This document shows, piece after piece, positions 34,323 to 52,293 of a DNA stretch of 64,000 bases (position 1 is the first letter of the stretch; the number at the start of each line of letters is the position of its first letter). This DNA comes from Hormiphora californensis (lineage: Eukaryota > Animalia > Ctenophora). The DNA is taken from NCBI GenBank assembly GCA_020137815.1, contig CM035360.1:310001-374000 (forward strand). Reading direction: 5' to 3'. Both the position numbers and the translations under genes were made by a program. Below the pieces are notes generated by a model. It was not told the origin of the DNA. It was given only the letters and a program-made list of their open reading frames with translations, and ran no database searches.

Positions 34323-35060
34323 CAGTCGGACCCCGATTTACCGGGATCCTCGGGGGAAGCCATTTTGCCCGGTAAATCGGGGTGCCCGGTATATCGGGGT
34401 AGAGCATATTTGACCCATAAATCCTACTTTTGTCCAAAATTCTATACCAAGACACCTCGAACTGTATATGTATTATACATTTATTGATGACAATATAATG
34501 ATCATTGCTTCTTTCATTAGAAATAGAAAATTTAAAAAATTCAAAAAAAATTGTAAAAACTTTTTCTAGGGTAAACCACCCCGACCGAGTCCGAATCGTG
34601 TTTCGAATCGGTGCATCTTATCGCATGTCCTGCCGCTAATTAGACGGTTCGAAACGAACCGATACGTGATACCATGCCGAATTTAGGCACCTTAAGCGGG
34701 GTGAGGAAGTATCAAAGTTTCAAAATAACTTTTTCTCTGAAAATTTACGTGGAGCATCGATCAAAGCATTGACAATGATTCTGTAAAATTTTGCAAAAAA
34801 AGTTATGAAATTTTTCTAAGGTATACCAGCCACGTTCGAATCTTGTTTCGAATCGGTGCATCTTATCACGTGTCCTGCCGCTAATTAGACGGTTCGAAAC
34901 GAACCGATACGTGATCCCCATTCTAGACCTAGCGAATTGCAAATGCAAGTTTACCAACCGGCCAAACTTCGAAAATTTTCCAAAAAAATCGGGGGAAAGA
35001 AATCCTCCCGGTAAATCGGGGTTCCGGTAAATCGGGGCCCGGTAAATCGGGGCCCGACTG
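34323..35060. mobile_element. Tc1/mariner(pogo)-like non-autonomous element (738 bp)
   Basis: TIR CAGTCGGACCCCGATTTACCGGG; TA TSD; subterminal CCGGTAAATCGGGG repeats; internal ~120-bp direct repeat. Confidence 0.85.
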
Positions 35061-35891
35061 TATCAGACGAATTCGAGTGCTTAAAAAAACAAGGTTCTTA
35101 CTGATCGTAAAGTTAAAGAGCTAAGGCCATAGTAGGGAACAAACTAGTCCATCCACCCCTCGGATATATATTAGGGGGTGAGGGGTTTTACAAAATATGC
35201 AAGAGAGAATGTCATAGCCCACAGCATATATCTGATACACTGAAATGACATGTCAGGCACATAGAGGGGGAGTGGGGACACATGTAAGACACATAGAGGG
35301 TGAGTGGGGGGACATGTAAGACAAGTGAGTGAGAAAATATTCGGAAAGAACTCAGAAATTATAATATCATAAATCTTAAATTCCCTTTACTTGTACAAAA
35401 TATATAACAAGAATTATTGCATTATGTATTCATAATGCGGTGTTTCCCTGCCCTCCGTCGACAGGATCAGTATCACACTATCAGTATCACAATATCAAGG
35501 CTTGGTCACAATGTGAGATGCATGCGTCCTGTATGTATGCAGTTACACAGCTGTTTTACTCTACCCTCACCCCTTCAGCAACAGTGTTGTGAGCGCCGCG
35601 CACAGCTTTGAAAAATAAGCGTCCTGACATCATATTTCATCAAAACAGTTATTTGATTTTATGAAGGAGCAGTTACTATGCTGCTACCGTGACACACGCG
35701 ATTTTGACCACGCTCGAGTTACTATTTCAAATCCGAGATTTCTAAACCCTTTATGATCTTTTTAGCACACGTGCTAAAACGATCATCCGGGTGGATGCCC
35801 TTCGGGCATCCACCCGGGCAGGGAAAAAATTCTGTGTCATATCAAAAAATAGAAATCCCCGTAAATAAAATTGATAAATAATGATAAAGAT

Positions 35892-37357
35892 TTAAAGTTC
35901 CTCACGCTTAATTTTCTCTTCTTGCAGCAAATCAACTGAATCTCTCCCATCAGCAGTCAACAACACTTTAACAACCGTCAGCTTACTGTAAAACCCTGTC
36001 TCGGGAGGAATGAGGAAGAGAGAGGAGCCTGATTTGTGGGCCAAGTTGGCTGGTATCCAACACACCCTCTCTTCACCCTGACACATTCCCACCAAGGCAT
36101 CATCCCATCCTGGTACAAACAAACCACGTCCAACGGGGTACCTCATCTCCCCACTTCCCACCACCTCTCCCTCAGGTTTAGTCACTGTGTAGGATAGTTG
36201 GATATAATCTCCTGCAGCCACTACATACCCACAATTTGTGACATCACGAGATTTCTTGCATGTCACCTCCCCTTCCTTCTCCCCCTCCTCACTCTTTGTA
36301 ACGAGGTGCTGCGTGACCGTCACCTCGTAGTAAACATACGACCACTGTGGTACTGGACCCTCCCATCGAGATCCATAACCCATTTTAGGAGGGATTGTCA
36401 GCTGAATTGGGCCACCCTTACAATACCCGACCACACCCTGATCAATCCCAGCAATGAGCTGCTTGGATCCAACTACAAACTTCAGTCCTGCTCCTTCATC
36501 AAAAACTTTACCATCTGGCAGCCAGCCAGTGTACTCAATCTCCACCTCGTCACCGACACTAATGGGAGTCTCACAGTCTTTAGACCCAGTACTGGTCACT
36601 TCAGTAGGTAGTTCAAGGGGGACTGGGTAGGAGGGTGGGTTGCTGTTTATCTGGACCAGGTGGACATCAAACATAAGTGTTGAGTAGCCCGGGATGTTAC
36701 CTGTACAGGTGGGTAAAAATATCAGGGACATCATTGTGGTGAATATCTTTCTATTTTTGATCTTATTAGGGGTGTATACTGTTTGTTAAACAAACCTCGT
36801 GTAAGACCATTGATTAAGTAATTCGCATACCCTCTCTTAACTAACCTGTCCCCTTGGCACCGTAAGCATATTTGCTTGGCACAATAAGTCTCCTCCTTTC
36901 ATTGATACACATCTCTTTAGTTCCAATCTGGTAACCCTCAATCACTCCACCCACTCCTAGTGTGTAGTGGAATGGCACGTTGTCCCTGTTGTAACTTGAG
37001 TCGAATGTCTCACGTGTCTTGTAGAACCTGGAGAATTTAGTGGATTTTAGTTGATGAGTGACAGGCAGTCTCGTTTTCATCATCACAATTCATCCATATC
37101 ATGGATAGGGATGGAAGCAGATATGATGCCTACGGTGCTCTGTGGACAGATTGGTTAACAGATATAGTCGAACCTTTAAAAACAGCGCTGATTCCCGCTG
37201 ATGAAACTTAGTATTACCTGCCGAGGTACTGGACGTGCATGACATCCCCCTTTCTTGCAATATCGGTACAGTTAGGTGGACGATATAGCACGTGCACTGT
37301 GACATCCGTGGGCTCTGATGTCACCAACCCAAACAAAAAGGAGAGTAGGATCATCAT
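35892..37357 (-). CDS. ER-resident multi-domain FKBP peptidyl-prolyl isomerase (three FKBP domains; FKBP9/10-like)
   Basis: Exons 37357-37218, 37027-36846, 36700-35892; signal peptide MMILLSFLFGLVTS; KGD..HVQYLG, FDSSY, MCINERRRLIVP, IPPKMGYG, GMCQGEER; C-terminal REEL. Confidence 0.85.
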
Positions 37358-38181
37358 CTAGAGGGGGGTAAACGGGTTTATTTTTAGATGAAAATGAAAA
37401 TGAACTGGAAACAAGATTTTTAATATCTTCTCTGGCTGCTAATTTCACTTTCTCTCTCACACGCTCTCTCGCCCGGCCCTCGCCAGATATTTTTTTAAAT
37501 TTCCTCACTATTTAATCCTGAAAAGATCTCATTCATTGATATGAAAATGAACTTCAACATTTATAAGAGTGATATAAGCAACTCTTCCCGCTCCCACACA
37601 CCCTACTGTCCAGTGCCCAGCAGTGTTTCCATATTGGGCTAAGATCCGGATCAGTTTCATTTGTTTGTTCGATTGAGGGCTGCTCTTTTACTATATTAAT
37701 ACAGCTGTACTAACTAACAAGTAATTAGTTGAGTGCAGTTGACCTTTGGTCTTTCAATCGAGACCGAGGGATCACACACTGTTTCAGGAGCTTTATCGAC
37801 AAATTGTTCAGTTAAGTAGCTGACCTCATGGAGGCATTAATAACTTCAATGAGGGATACTTTAGAAACTGATAGAGCCCTGATCCTCGACCGTAAACTTT
37901 CAAAAGAAAGTGTTTTAAAATTTCAAAAACGGAAAACTTGGCTTTTGGCGAAAGTTTTTTCAGAGCTCCGAATTCCAGCGCGCGCTACAAAACTGTAGCG
38001 CGGCGTAGAAAAGCGTATTAAACGGCGAATTCCTGCCTATTCCGGTGAGAAGTGGGAATTAATAAATACTAATAGTCAAGTAATTGGTTGGTTTGAACTT
38101 GATAAGTTAGGGGAGACATTAAACAAAATAAATATTAAACAATTACACACTCTGAAGGCATTCGTCTATACATACTACAAA

Positions 38182-40171
38182 TCAGTCATTTGGTAATCTA
38201 GGACAACCGCACTCACAACAGAAGTTGGCTGTTTTTACAGGATACTTAATACCACATTCGTAACAAAACGGAGGTTTTCTACTTCCTTTCTGTCCGCCAC
38301 GAGGTGCGCTAGATATCCTGAGATGGAGGAGAAAATATTAACAAACGATAAACAAATGTGATTCAAAGATCGGAAATCCCAGATAAAATTTAATCATCAC
38401 CAGATAAATCATCACCTGTTGTTATCTAGATTGTCCCTGGCCATGTCTGTGTGTGCCCTGGATGGTGCCATATTAGTTTGGGTTCTTGCAGGCGCCATGT
38501 TAGTGTTATTCCTGACAATCTCCCCCGGTACCCGCCGTGTTGGGGTAGGGGCGGATCTGTTCTCTGTCGCTCGGAGGGTCCTCGAGTGGGGAGGTTTTAG
38601 TCCTCCACCACCCCCACCATTTCCGTAGTTGCCGGGGTTGTAGTGGGCTTCTGAAAATGTATAATGCTGGTAAGAAAGTGAAAAGTGGGACAATTGAGGA
38701 GAGAAGTTCGATCGTGGTGATGTTGCAGCTGTATTGGCCAGACCCTGGTCCTCACTTCTCCCAGAGTATTGGCCTAACAAGTGACAGTTCTGCAGTATGT
38801 ACATAATTAGTTCATTGTCACGATAATTCCTTACGTTTTTGTTGCTGCTGCTGCTGTTGTTGTTCTTTTTTCTTATCAAACGTTGATTTGAACTGAAAAA
38901 TGAGTTAGGGAATAAATATAGCAGCTGACTTGCAAACAAAAACAGTATTTTACGAGATAGGGAGACATGCGTCTGTCTGAGCTAAAACAAAAAGCCCAAA
39001 GTGCTCCATTACTCCAATAACCGGATCCCTGAACTTACCCCCATCATTTTTTCTCGTCTCACTGCAGACTCTGTTTTGTTTTTGTTACCCATCGGTTTCC
39101 TCTTAGCCTGCTCAGCACAAAACTTGATGTGCCGCTCAGCAGAGGTTGGCTGGAATCTGGAAAATAGGGAGTTTTACCACTCAATTATGATTCATGATAG
39201 AAGTGGATTTTGGGAGGAATACTGGGGTTTCCAGATCAAGTTCAAGATGCAATATTCAAACAATCAAACACAATTATAACCCCAAGTGGACCCCTGACAC
39301 AAAGAAGATGGGAGAGAGTTATTGAACTTCAGGAACCGACCGAATCAGGAAATACTGGTCCCTGATTGGCTGATAACCAGTCACGTGACCTAAATAACGA
39401 GCTCTGATTGGTTGTTTACTTGAACTTACGATCTCCCACAAGTTGGGCATTGGACATGATCTGAAGGTTTCTCTGAAGGAGGCGGTGGAGCGATTTGTTC
39501 TCCCCGAGCTTCTGCTGCTTTCGCCTGCCTTGCATACCTGGGGAGAGAGAGTGGAGGTAGCAGCTTTCAATCAGTTCAATAAATTACATCATACATGTGA
39601 TGATTAATAGCTGGGAATATCGTTCAGAAAGTTTATAGTGTAGTACCGAATTCTTACCGAATATTTCGCTGGAACTCTTCGTGCTTTTCTCTCCAGTTAG
39701 CTTTCTTTGGTTGGATTGCGTCGGGTGGTGGAGCGGCTTGGCGGGTCTGGGGAAGGGGGAAATGTTAATTGTTGGTTTAGTTGTGTGTTACAAAATATAG
39801 CAGTATCTTTTGTCTGAAAGTCTGAAACAAACACACAAACTGTTCCAAACTGTACCGTTTTCTTGATAAGTTGAATATCTGTCCCCTGTATCCTCTGTTT
39901 CTGAACATCCATAGGCTTCCGGACTTTGTTCGCTACCTTTGCACATATGGGCTTGTGTCTAGACAGTGCATCGGGATTGAACGTTCGGAAACAGTTAGGA
40001 CACTGGTCCTCTATCACATTCACTGAAGAGTAGAGATTGGGATTAGGGGTACATAATTAGAAGTTGGGGTTGGGTTTAGGGATAATTTGTAACCAATGAA
40101 AGGCTCATGACTGAAAGTCTCCTGACAGAGATTGAGAAGTTACTGGTCACAGGCTGATACTTACTGGACAT
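38182..40171 (-). CDS. ZC2HC1A: Zinc finger C2HC domain-containing protein 1-like
   Basis: Exons encode CPNCFRTF..LSRHKPIC, NWREKHEEF, VQCPTCGRSF..AERHIKFC and C-terminal FCYECGIKYPV..ANFCCECG; the acceptor of the middle low-complexity exon is uncertain. Confidence 0.85.
39330..39419. mobile_element. Truncated CAGGAACCGACCGAA MITE
   Basis: Family sequence flanked by TTGAACTT on both sides. Confidence 0.8.
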
Positions 40172-41080
40172 GCTGACTGGAACGTCTTGTTGATTTCAGG
40201 TTGTGTTTACATCATTCTAGCTGGAAAGAGTGTATTAGTGGTTATAATTAGCAAGATTGGTTGGTGACGGATGATCATAGACCGATCAATAGTTGAACCA
40301 GATGGGCGGGATAGAGAACGCGCACACAGACTGCTGACAACACCATCCCGTGATACAACCAGCACTCTGCGCGTCACAATTTCAACCACCTGGAGCTGTG
40401 TTGCTATGGGAGTGGAGGCTGGCTGCTATTTCCTGTTTAGATGTGGTTTAAGAAATGGAGTGGGATCTTGAACAATAATATGGACACTTTGTTCAACAAT
40501 GTGTCACAAAGCTTCATTTCTGGGTTATTTTGATTAAATGACTCTGGACTCACGATGTTGCTGCAGTAGAGAAGGCACATGTGATAGATAAGATGCGGGA
40601 CTGAAGTGATAAGTAGTGACAAATCTTATTTTGTTGCGAATATGGATTTGATCTGTATACACTGCACTAGCTTTTGCCGAACAAGCAAACATTTAAAGAA
40701 ATAAAGAAGTTATGATTGATGACATGCAGCTAACAGAAAAACATTAAAATACAAAAACCCGAAAACTGTGCTTTTTTGTCTCAAAAACTATCGATAAAAT
40801 TTAAAACAGCTTTAAAAATAGATAAAGAATCGGATAATTGTTTATGAACCGCATGATAATAATCTGTAGAGATGGTATAATTTCTCCTTCCGACTGGTGT
40901 TCCAGCCGGAAGGAGATACCATCTATACAGATTATTAGCTTTAAAAAAGTTTCATCTTTTATTTTGTCTCACATAAGACTGTCCTCTTCGTACTGGTGTG
41001 CGATGCATGATGATATATACACACTAGACAGTCACGTATTACATATGTATGACAAATCATCCTGTCTTTACAACTAACTC

Positions 41081-43018
41081 TTAAGTAACAACATATTGTG
41101 GTCGGACTAGCCTTTCTTTTTCTTCCTTCGATAAAATACAGTTAGCCGGCCAAATCAGATGGACTGACATCGATCCACTAGACAAATCAAAAGGAAACTT
41201 ACTCTTATCGGCACAAACATGCATATTGAAGTCATTATTTAAAATCACATTAATATTTTTCAGATAAGATTCTTGTTGGTGGAAATGCATTGTTGGATGG
41301 TCATTGAAAAACTCTCCATCATCACATAGCTTTAGTTTGACTGTTGGCCATGCTTTCCAGTCTACAACTTCAATAGTCACATTCACTGCAATAGCACAAT
41401 CAACAGTCTGACGTGAACTTTCGGAGCAAGTTTTTTGCAGTATCTCCGAACGTGGTATGTTTCTGTTAGTAAAAGGGCAAAGATGCAAGGCTATGTTCTT
41501 CGACTGCGAAAATGGTAATAAAGTTTTTAGCGGTTCTTGTATGATAAGGATGTTTGATCGCAGTCGTAAAAACGATTCAATGCAACCAATGCGACCAAAC
41601 CCCCATTCGCGGTTTCTCAAGCGTAAGTATTTTAGTATTAATCTAGAATAACTTGAAACACCGACAAAACTATCAAAACAGCCAATAAAACTGATGACCA
41701 CACTTCCAATAAAGAAGGCTATAGTCAAACCGAGTTGAAGTGAGGTGTTATCAGACGGTTGTTGAATTTCATCGTGAAAATACATCAGTAGAACACACCA
41801 TGCACACCAATAGAAAAAGATAACGGGAATGAAGATGTCAACCATAAAATAAGTAAAAAACGGTGAAAATGGCGAAAAAAAATCGTAAGCATCGTCAACA
41901 CGAGGGGCAATTTCCCTTGTTTTTAAAGCAGATAAAAAGGCATCCATCGTAGGTTCGTCGTTAACAAACAATCTAGTGGATAACCCTTTGAGTTTGTGAA
42001 AATATTGAAGCCCATGAAAAAATTGGCGGATTGTAGCAATTCTAGGTTCAGCATCCATCACTTCAATCGCATCCTTTATGGTAGTGCAATTATTTAGTGC
42101 TGGAAGCTCAACAGGGTACTCAACAACATGATCATCATTTTCAAAAATAAAACATTCGTCAATCACTTCTATCTCAATTTCATCATCTTTATCCGTTTCT
42201 TCGACTTCATCTTGTTCAACATATTCGATAGCATCTGTCAACTTTTCAAAAACAAATCTTAGCTCTTCGCCAGATAGCGAGGAAAGAAGAAATTTCCTGA
42301 GCTTGTTAAAAATCATTTTATTAAATTTTCTACATGCTGAAAGTCCTTTGACGTTGAAAAGGCGTTTTTCGTTTTCAGTTAGAAACTTTGGGGCTGGCCG
42401 ACCCTTTATCACGTTCATTAACTCTTCATAGAGATAATGAATCTGAGGCCCAGTAATGGCGAGACACGCATCACAGTAAAGAAAGTGGCGAATATTCAGC
42501 TCATTTTTCATGAAGTTTCGTATAATCGCCAGGCGTAGACAAGGGTGAGGCTTCAACCCATCATTAAGAGCTTTTAGAAACTTTCTATTATTTGTTTCTT
42601 TCAGGAAGTATGCACCTTCTTCAAACAGCTGTAGAGCCTGGTTTGTAGAAAAGCTCTTTAGACTACCACACCAATCGGAGTAAAATGTTAGACACCTCTC
42701 CTGAATCCACACCACTTTGAAGACAGAGCCGAGTTTCGTTACCTCTCGGAAGTTGGTTTCACTGAGAATACCTTCAATAGATCCCTTATGGCAAGAGTCA
42801 ACAAATGATGTAACGCCCAAACTGGAAAACTCCAACAATTCAATCTCTTTCATTAACAGTTTTCCTATCAGATCAGCAAATACTGGACTGTTGAAACATA
42901 ACACATAGGAGTTAGCCGTGACTGGGTCTCCATTTGTTAGAAGTGTAACATCATGAAGTCCATTCAGTCCCAGAAAATTATCACCAAAATTCACAGGAGG
43001 AGTCAAATGGAGCGCCAT
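41081..43018 (-). CDS. Intronless 645-aa protein with an N-terminal BTB/POZ-like domain and about two transmembrane segments
   Basis: Single long ORF; HDVTLLTNGDPVTANSYVLCFNSPVF resembles the BTB start; acidic linker; hydrophobic stretches FFTYFMVDIFIPVIFFYWCAWCVLLMYF and LGLTIAFFIGSVVISFIGCF. Confidence 0.75.
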   Translation of the reverse strand: MALHLTPPVNFGDNFLGLNGLHDVTLLTNGDPVTANSYVLCFNSPVFADLIGKLLMKEIELLEFSSLGVTSFVDSCHKGSIEGILSETNFREVTKLGSVFKVVWIQERCLTFYSDWCGSLKSFSTNQALQLFEEGAYFLKETNNRKFLKALNDGLKPHPCLRLAIIRNFMKNELNIRHFLYCDACLAITGPQIHYLYEELMNVIKGRPAPKFLTENEKRLFNVKGLSACRKFNKMIFNKLRKFLLSSLSGEELRFVFEKLTDAIEYVEQDEVEETDKDDEIEIEVIDECFIFENDDHVVEYPVELPALNNCTTIKDAIEVMDAEPRIATIRQFFHGLQYFHKLKGLSTRLFVNDEPTMDAFLSALKTREIAPRVDDAYDFFSPFSPFFTYFMVDIFIPVIFFYWCAWCVLLMYFHDEIQQPSDNTSLQLGLTIAFFIGSVVISFIGCFDSFVGVSSYSRLILKYLRLRNREWGFGRIGCIESFLRLRSNILIIQEPLKTLLPFSQSKNIALHLCPFTNRNIPRSEILQKTCSESSRQTVDCAIAVNVTIEVVDWKAWPTVKLKLCDDGEFFNDHPTMHFHQQESYLKNINVILNNDFNMHVCADKSKFPFDLSSGSMSVHLIWPANCILSKEEKERLVRPQYVVT

Positions 43019-43893
43019 ATATATCAGCTAGGTAAATCATTACAACATTACAAGATTAGTAGGGTTGGTATGTTGTGTGAAATAGCAGGGAAGGAATACA
43101 AATCGAACGCAAAGCCGATGAATTAAGAATATAAACTTATAAATTTTCAGAGACAGTTCAGAAGAATCAGGACCTTTAGAGTAAAGCAGAGTAAGAGGAA
43201 TCGTTTATGTAAACACTGGCTCTTTGATACGGAAGAAAATTAAGGTATCATAGTCCATAGATGAATGGGGAAATGAGGCGGAAGACAGAGAATATAGATA
43301 GCTCCCATACTGCAGCTGGGGTTTTCACAATATCTCACATGAAGATGACACCTGATATCGTAGTCTGTTACGGTTCCCTGTCCTCTCATGCTATGTATCA
43401 TATCTTCAGGTCATGATGTGTCAACTGTCATTTGAACTTTTTAGTTTTAACAAGTTGCTAAAAGACAGTAACTTCGCTTTAGAATTTAGATTTAGAATCT
43501 AACAATGTCTTTGTGCCACAAGATAGCCTTTTGGAACTGCCCGTTCATCGAACTCTAGTTAAGTTGCATCAACGAGAAAAGCCGTTGAGCTAATCAATGC
43601 AGACAACGGTGATTTTAATCAAAACTTTTCAACTCTATTGCGTTTTGAAAATGTAATGTAGCAGTCAGCTAAGACTTAAGAGAGGAACTTAAACACAAAG
43701 AGAAGGAAACTGGAAACACAAATTTTGAAAACTCCCGAAGTTTCATACATGTCTGAAATTTAAACTGAAATTTAAACTGAAATTTAAACTGAAGATATTT
43801 CAAACTGACTCGATTAATGTAAGGCGCGAGAGTAAAATAAATGCGTTGCTGGTGACGCGCGCTCAGATTTGAAATTCCGAAGTTTCGAGTTTT

Positions 43894-44115
43894 TAGTGGA
43901 AGCTCTTACGGTAATTCCCACGCCCCGTGGGAAAGTTTTTGACCGTGGGAAAGTTTTCAAAGCGTGGGAAAAGAGAGATACATACAATAACTATAAAAAA
44001 TAAATTGTTTTTTCTTAGTTATTGTATGTATCTCTCTTTTCCCACGCTTTGAAAACTTTCCCACGGTCGAAAACTTTCCCACGGGGCGTGGGAATTACCG
44101 TAAGAGCTTCCACTA
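43894..44115. mobile_element. 222-bp foldback MITE with TAG...CTA ends and 3-bp TSD (Academ-like)
   Basis: ~100-bp near-perfect arms; TTT on both sides. Confidence 0.75.
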
Positions 44116-44143
44116 TTTCGCATTTTTATTTATTTGTGTCCTA

Positions 44144-45020
44144 CCGTGTGCGGCAAAAAAAAGCCCCCCCTAGACCACCATAGTTGCCGATGTGGTGGAG
44201 AGCTGTAACTTGGCAGGGTTGCTCCACTATGTCTATCTTGATCCTGACAGAAAAATCAGAGCTCTAGCTCAAAATTCATTTTTTTGATAGGAATGAACAT
44301 TGTCATTCATTCCAAGAAAAAAATATTTTCGGTCCAGAATTCAAGCAATTATCTTTGGCCATCGATTAGCTTTCCAATGTGACCAAGATCATCTAAATTG
44401 GGCAACCACAAGAGACACAGTGTCATCTTTCTTAAATTTAATCAGGTCATGTGATCTTCACCGAATCGTTGAGTGTTCAGTATTACGAATCGGTCTAAGT
44501 GGTAGAGAATCACGTATCACGGCTACTAATGAGGGATGACGATGCTGATTGGTCATGAGATCTGTAGCTCTTTGATAAATGTCCTCTTTCCTCGAATCAC
44601 ATTACCCTGTATTGGTACACATACCTCATTAGCGGCCGTGATACGAGATTCCTCTGCCCATTGGCTCGATTAGCAATCCCGGATAATCAACGATTCGGTG
44701 AAGATCACATGACCTGACTAACTTTAAGAAACATGACACTGTGTCTCTTGTGGTTGCCCAATTTAGATGATCTTGGTCACATTGGAAAGCTAATCGATGG
44801 CCAAAGATAATTGCTTGAATTCTGGACCGAAAATATTTTTTTCTTGGAATGAATGACAATGTTCATTCCTATCAAAAAAATGAATTTTGAGCTAGAGCTC
44901 TGATTTTTCTGTCAGGATCAAGATAGACATAGTGGAGCAACCCTGCCAAGTTACAGCTCTCCACCACATCGGCAACTATGGTGGTCTAGGGGGGGGGGGG
45001 CTTTTTTTTGCCGCACACGG
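44144..45020. mobile_element. Tc1/mariner-like non-autonomous element with ~385-bp TIRs
   Basis: CCGTGTGCGGCAAAAAAAAGCCCC... inverted; TA TSD; mirror ORFs at 44300 and 44629. Confidence 0.85.
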
Positions 45021-45124
45021 TAGAAATTTTTTGTTGTTTTCCAAAAACTTTTTATCGCACCTCTCTCTCATCTCTGAGATCCTGAATCCTCCTTGACCGT
45101 TTTTCGGCTCTAAACAGATAAGTC

Positions 45125-45707
45125 ATGTCCATTGGAGTACCTATCAAGTTGCTGCATGAAGCTGAGGGTCATATCATCACTGTTGAAACCACAACCGGCG
45201 AAGTTTACAGGGGTAAATTTAACGTAAACTTCTTTAATCCTGTCATTTCCTCTAAAACTTGAAGATGTTTAATAAAATATCCATTCAGGTAAGCTGGTTG
45301 AGGCTGAGGATAACATGAACTGCCAGGTGAAACAGGTCACTGCTACTGCTAAGGATGGCCGTGTCAGCCAGCTCGAGTACATCTACCTCCGGGGCTCCAA
45401 GATTCGATTTATGGTAAGTTAACTGGTTTTGGTGGTTTTTCTAAACTATTTAAATCTAGTCCTTTTATTTATTACAACATCAAATTCAATCTCTAGCCGT
45501 AACCCGTGAGCTAAGGTTGCCAAATTTTCTCCAAATTATCTCCAGGTGTTGCCGGACATGTTGAAGAATGCCCCGATGTTCAAGAGAGCAGCGGGGAGAG
45601 GCCAACCCGCGGGTAGTAGGGGTAAATCTGCCATCCTGAAGGCGCAGGCCGCTAGAGGACGTGGTAGAGCACAGGGACGATTCCAGAGAGGCGGATTCCA
45701 GAGATAG
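45125..45707 (+). CDS. SNRPD3: Small nuclear ribonucleoprotein Sm D3
   Basis: Exons 45125-45212, 45289-45413, 45546-45707: [42 protein letters not shown]...[23 protein letters not shown] plus an RG-rich tail. Confidence 0.97.
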
Positions 45708-45958
45708 ACGATCGTTTTAGCCCGTTTATTTTCTTTAAATTATTTTTACTCTCCCCAATATATATTACACACGTTTAACAATGCTGGTCAGGAGGACGTC
45801 TCCCCATTTTTTGTTGGTACTGAAGCGGTAGCCTGCTGGTATCTTACTCTTTTTTAACAACGAAATGTAACATTGAGTTTCCCTGCTTATGATGTTTTCA
45901 GACTTGTGTCCCAAGGCACTGAAATCAATATTAACAATCTCTCTCTCTATTAGTTACA

Positions 45959-46704
45959 ATGTCTGCCAACACTTCGCCAGTCTCCCAGCGCAAACGGTCC
46001 ATTACCCCTGCATCTTCCCCCGGGGGTTTGGTTAAGAAACCACGCTTTGAGGAGGAAAGAACTGTAGAGGCGTTCCAGAACCGACTTTCTGAGCTGATTA
46101 ATAAGTTGAACGAGGACCGGGAAACTGACCAAGCTACAATGAGTGGTAAATTGTGTTTTATGTTATCTGTTTTACCAATGAGTGGTAAATTGTTATCTGT
46201 TTTCCCGTAGAATCATAAAATTGTATTGTATTTCTTGCTAAAAACTCCATCACTACAGATATGAAGGAGAGGTATGAAGAACTGAGTACACGCCAAATGG
46301 AGAGACTCAACGATAAGTTGAACTCTGCCTACACTGAGAGTGAGAGTCCTCTAAATGAACGGATTAATCTGTTAAATGAATCATTCCAGACAATACGTGA
46401 GTTGTTTATTTATAGATCACGCTGTAATGTATGTTTGTGTACATTTGTGCATAGCTATTAGCTAGTAATAGAAGGCAGAGACACACTCTCTTTCTGCCTC
46501 AAACAGTATTATAATTTACTCTCCGATCCCTATTACTCTCTCTCTGTCTCCCTCTGACCACTCTCTAATCTCTATTACTCTCTCTGTCCGTCTCTGTCTC
46601 CCTCTGACCACTGATTTTGTCCTGTTTTAGGAGACCTAGAGGAAGATATTCGGAAGTTCAAGACGATGATCTCAAAACTACATAGTGACATTGCCGAGGA
46701 ATAG
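45959..46704 (+). CDS. SYCE2: Synaptonemal complex central element protein 2-like coiled-coil protein
   Basis: Exons 45959-46145, 46259-46396, 46631-46704. The core QNRLSELINKLNEDRETDQATM...AY...E...IRDLEEDI aligns without gaps, by eye, to the SYCE2 core as I recall it (QKRAQELIENINKSRQKDHALM...IY...E...ISHLETEL). Confidence 0.65.
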
Positions 46705-46975
46705 CGTGACTTTCTATTTAAGATGTATTTCTCATGTCCGTGGCATTTTAATTAGATTTGTAAAGTTGTAAAGAATGTTTCTAAATTATTATTTTGTTTC
46801 CCATGCAGTGTGAAATTAGTTTTCTAAGTTATTAAGTTGTCAGTTGCAGTAATACTATTTTGTAATTTATTATCTCAATCTGCTGTCTCCATGATTTTCT
46901 CACAAGTTTGTAACACCCGTCCCCCCTCCCTTTTGTTTCCTAATGTTCTCACCCCTTTTGTAGCTCAAAACAATT

Positions 46976-52293
<5,318 letters not shown>

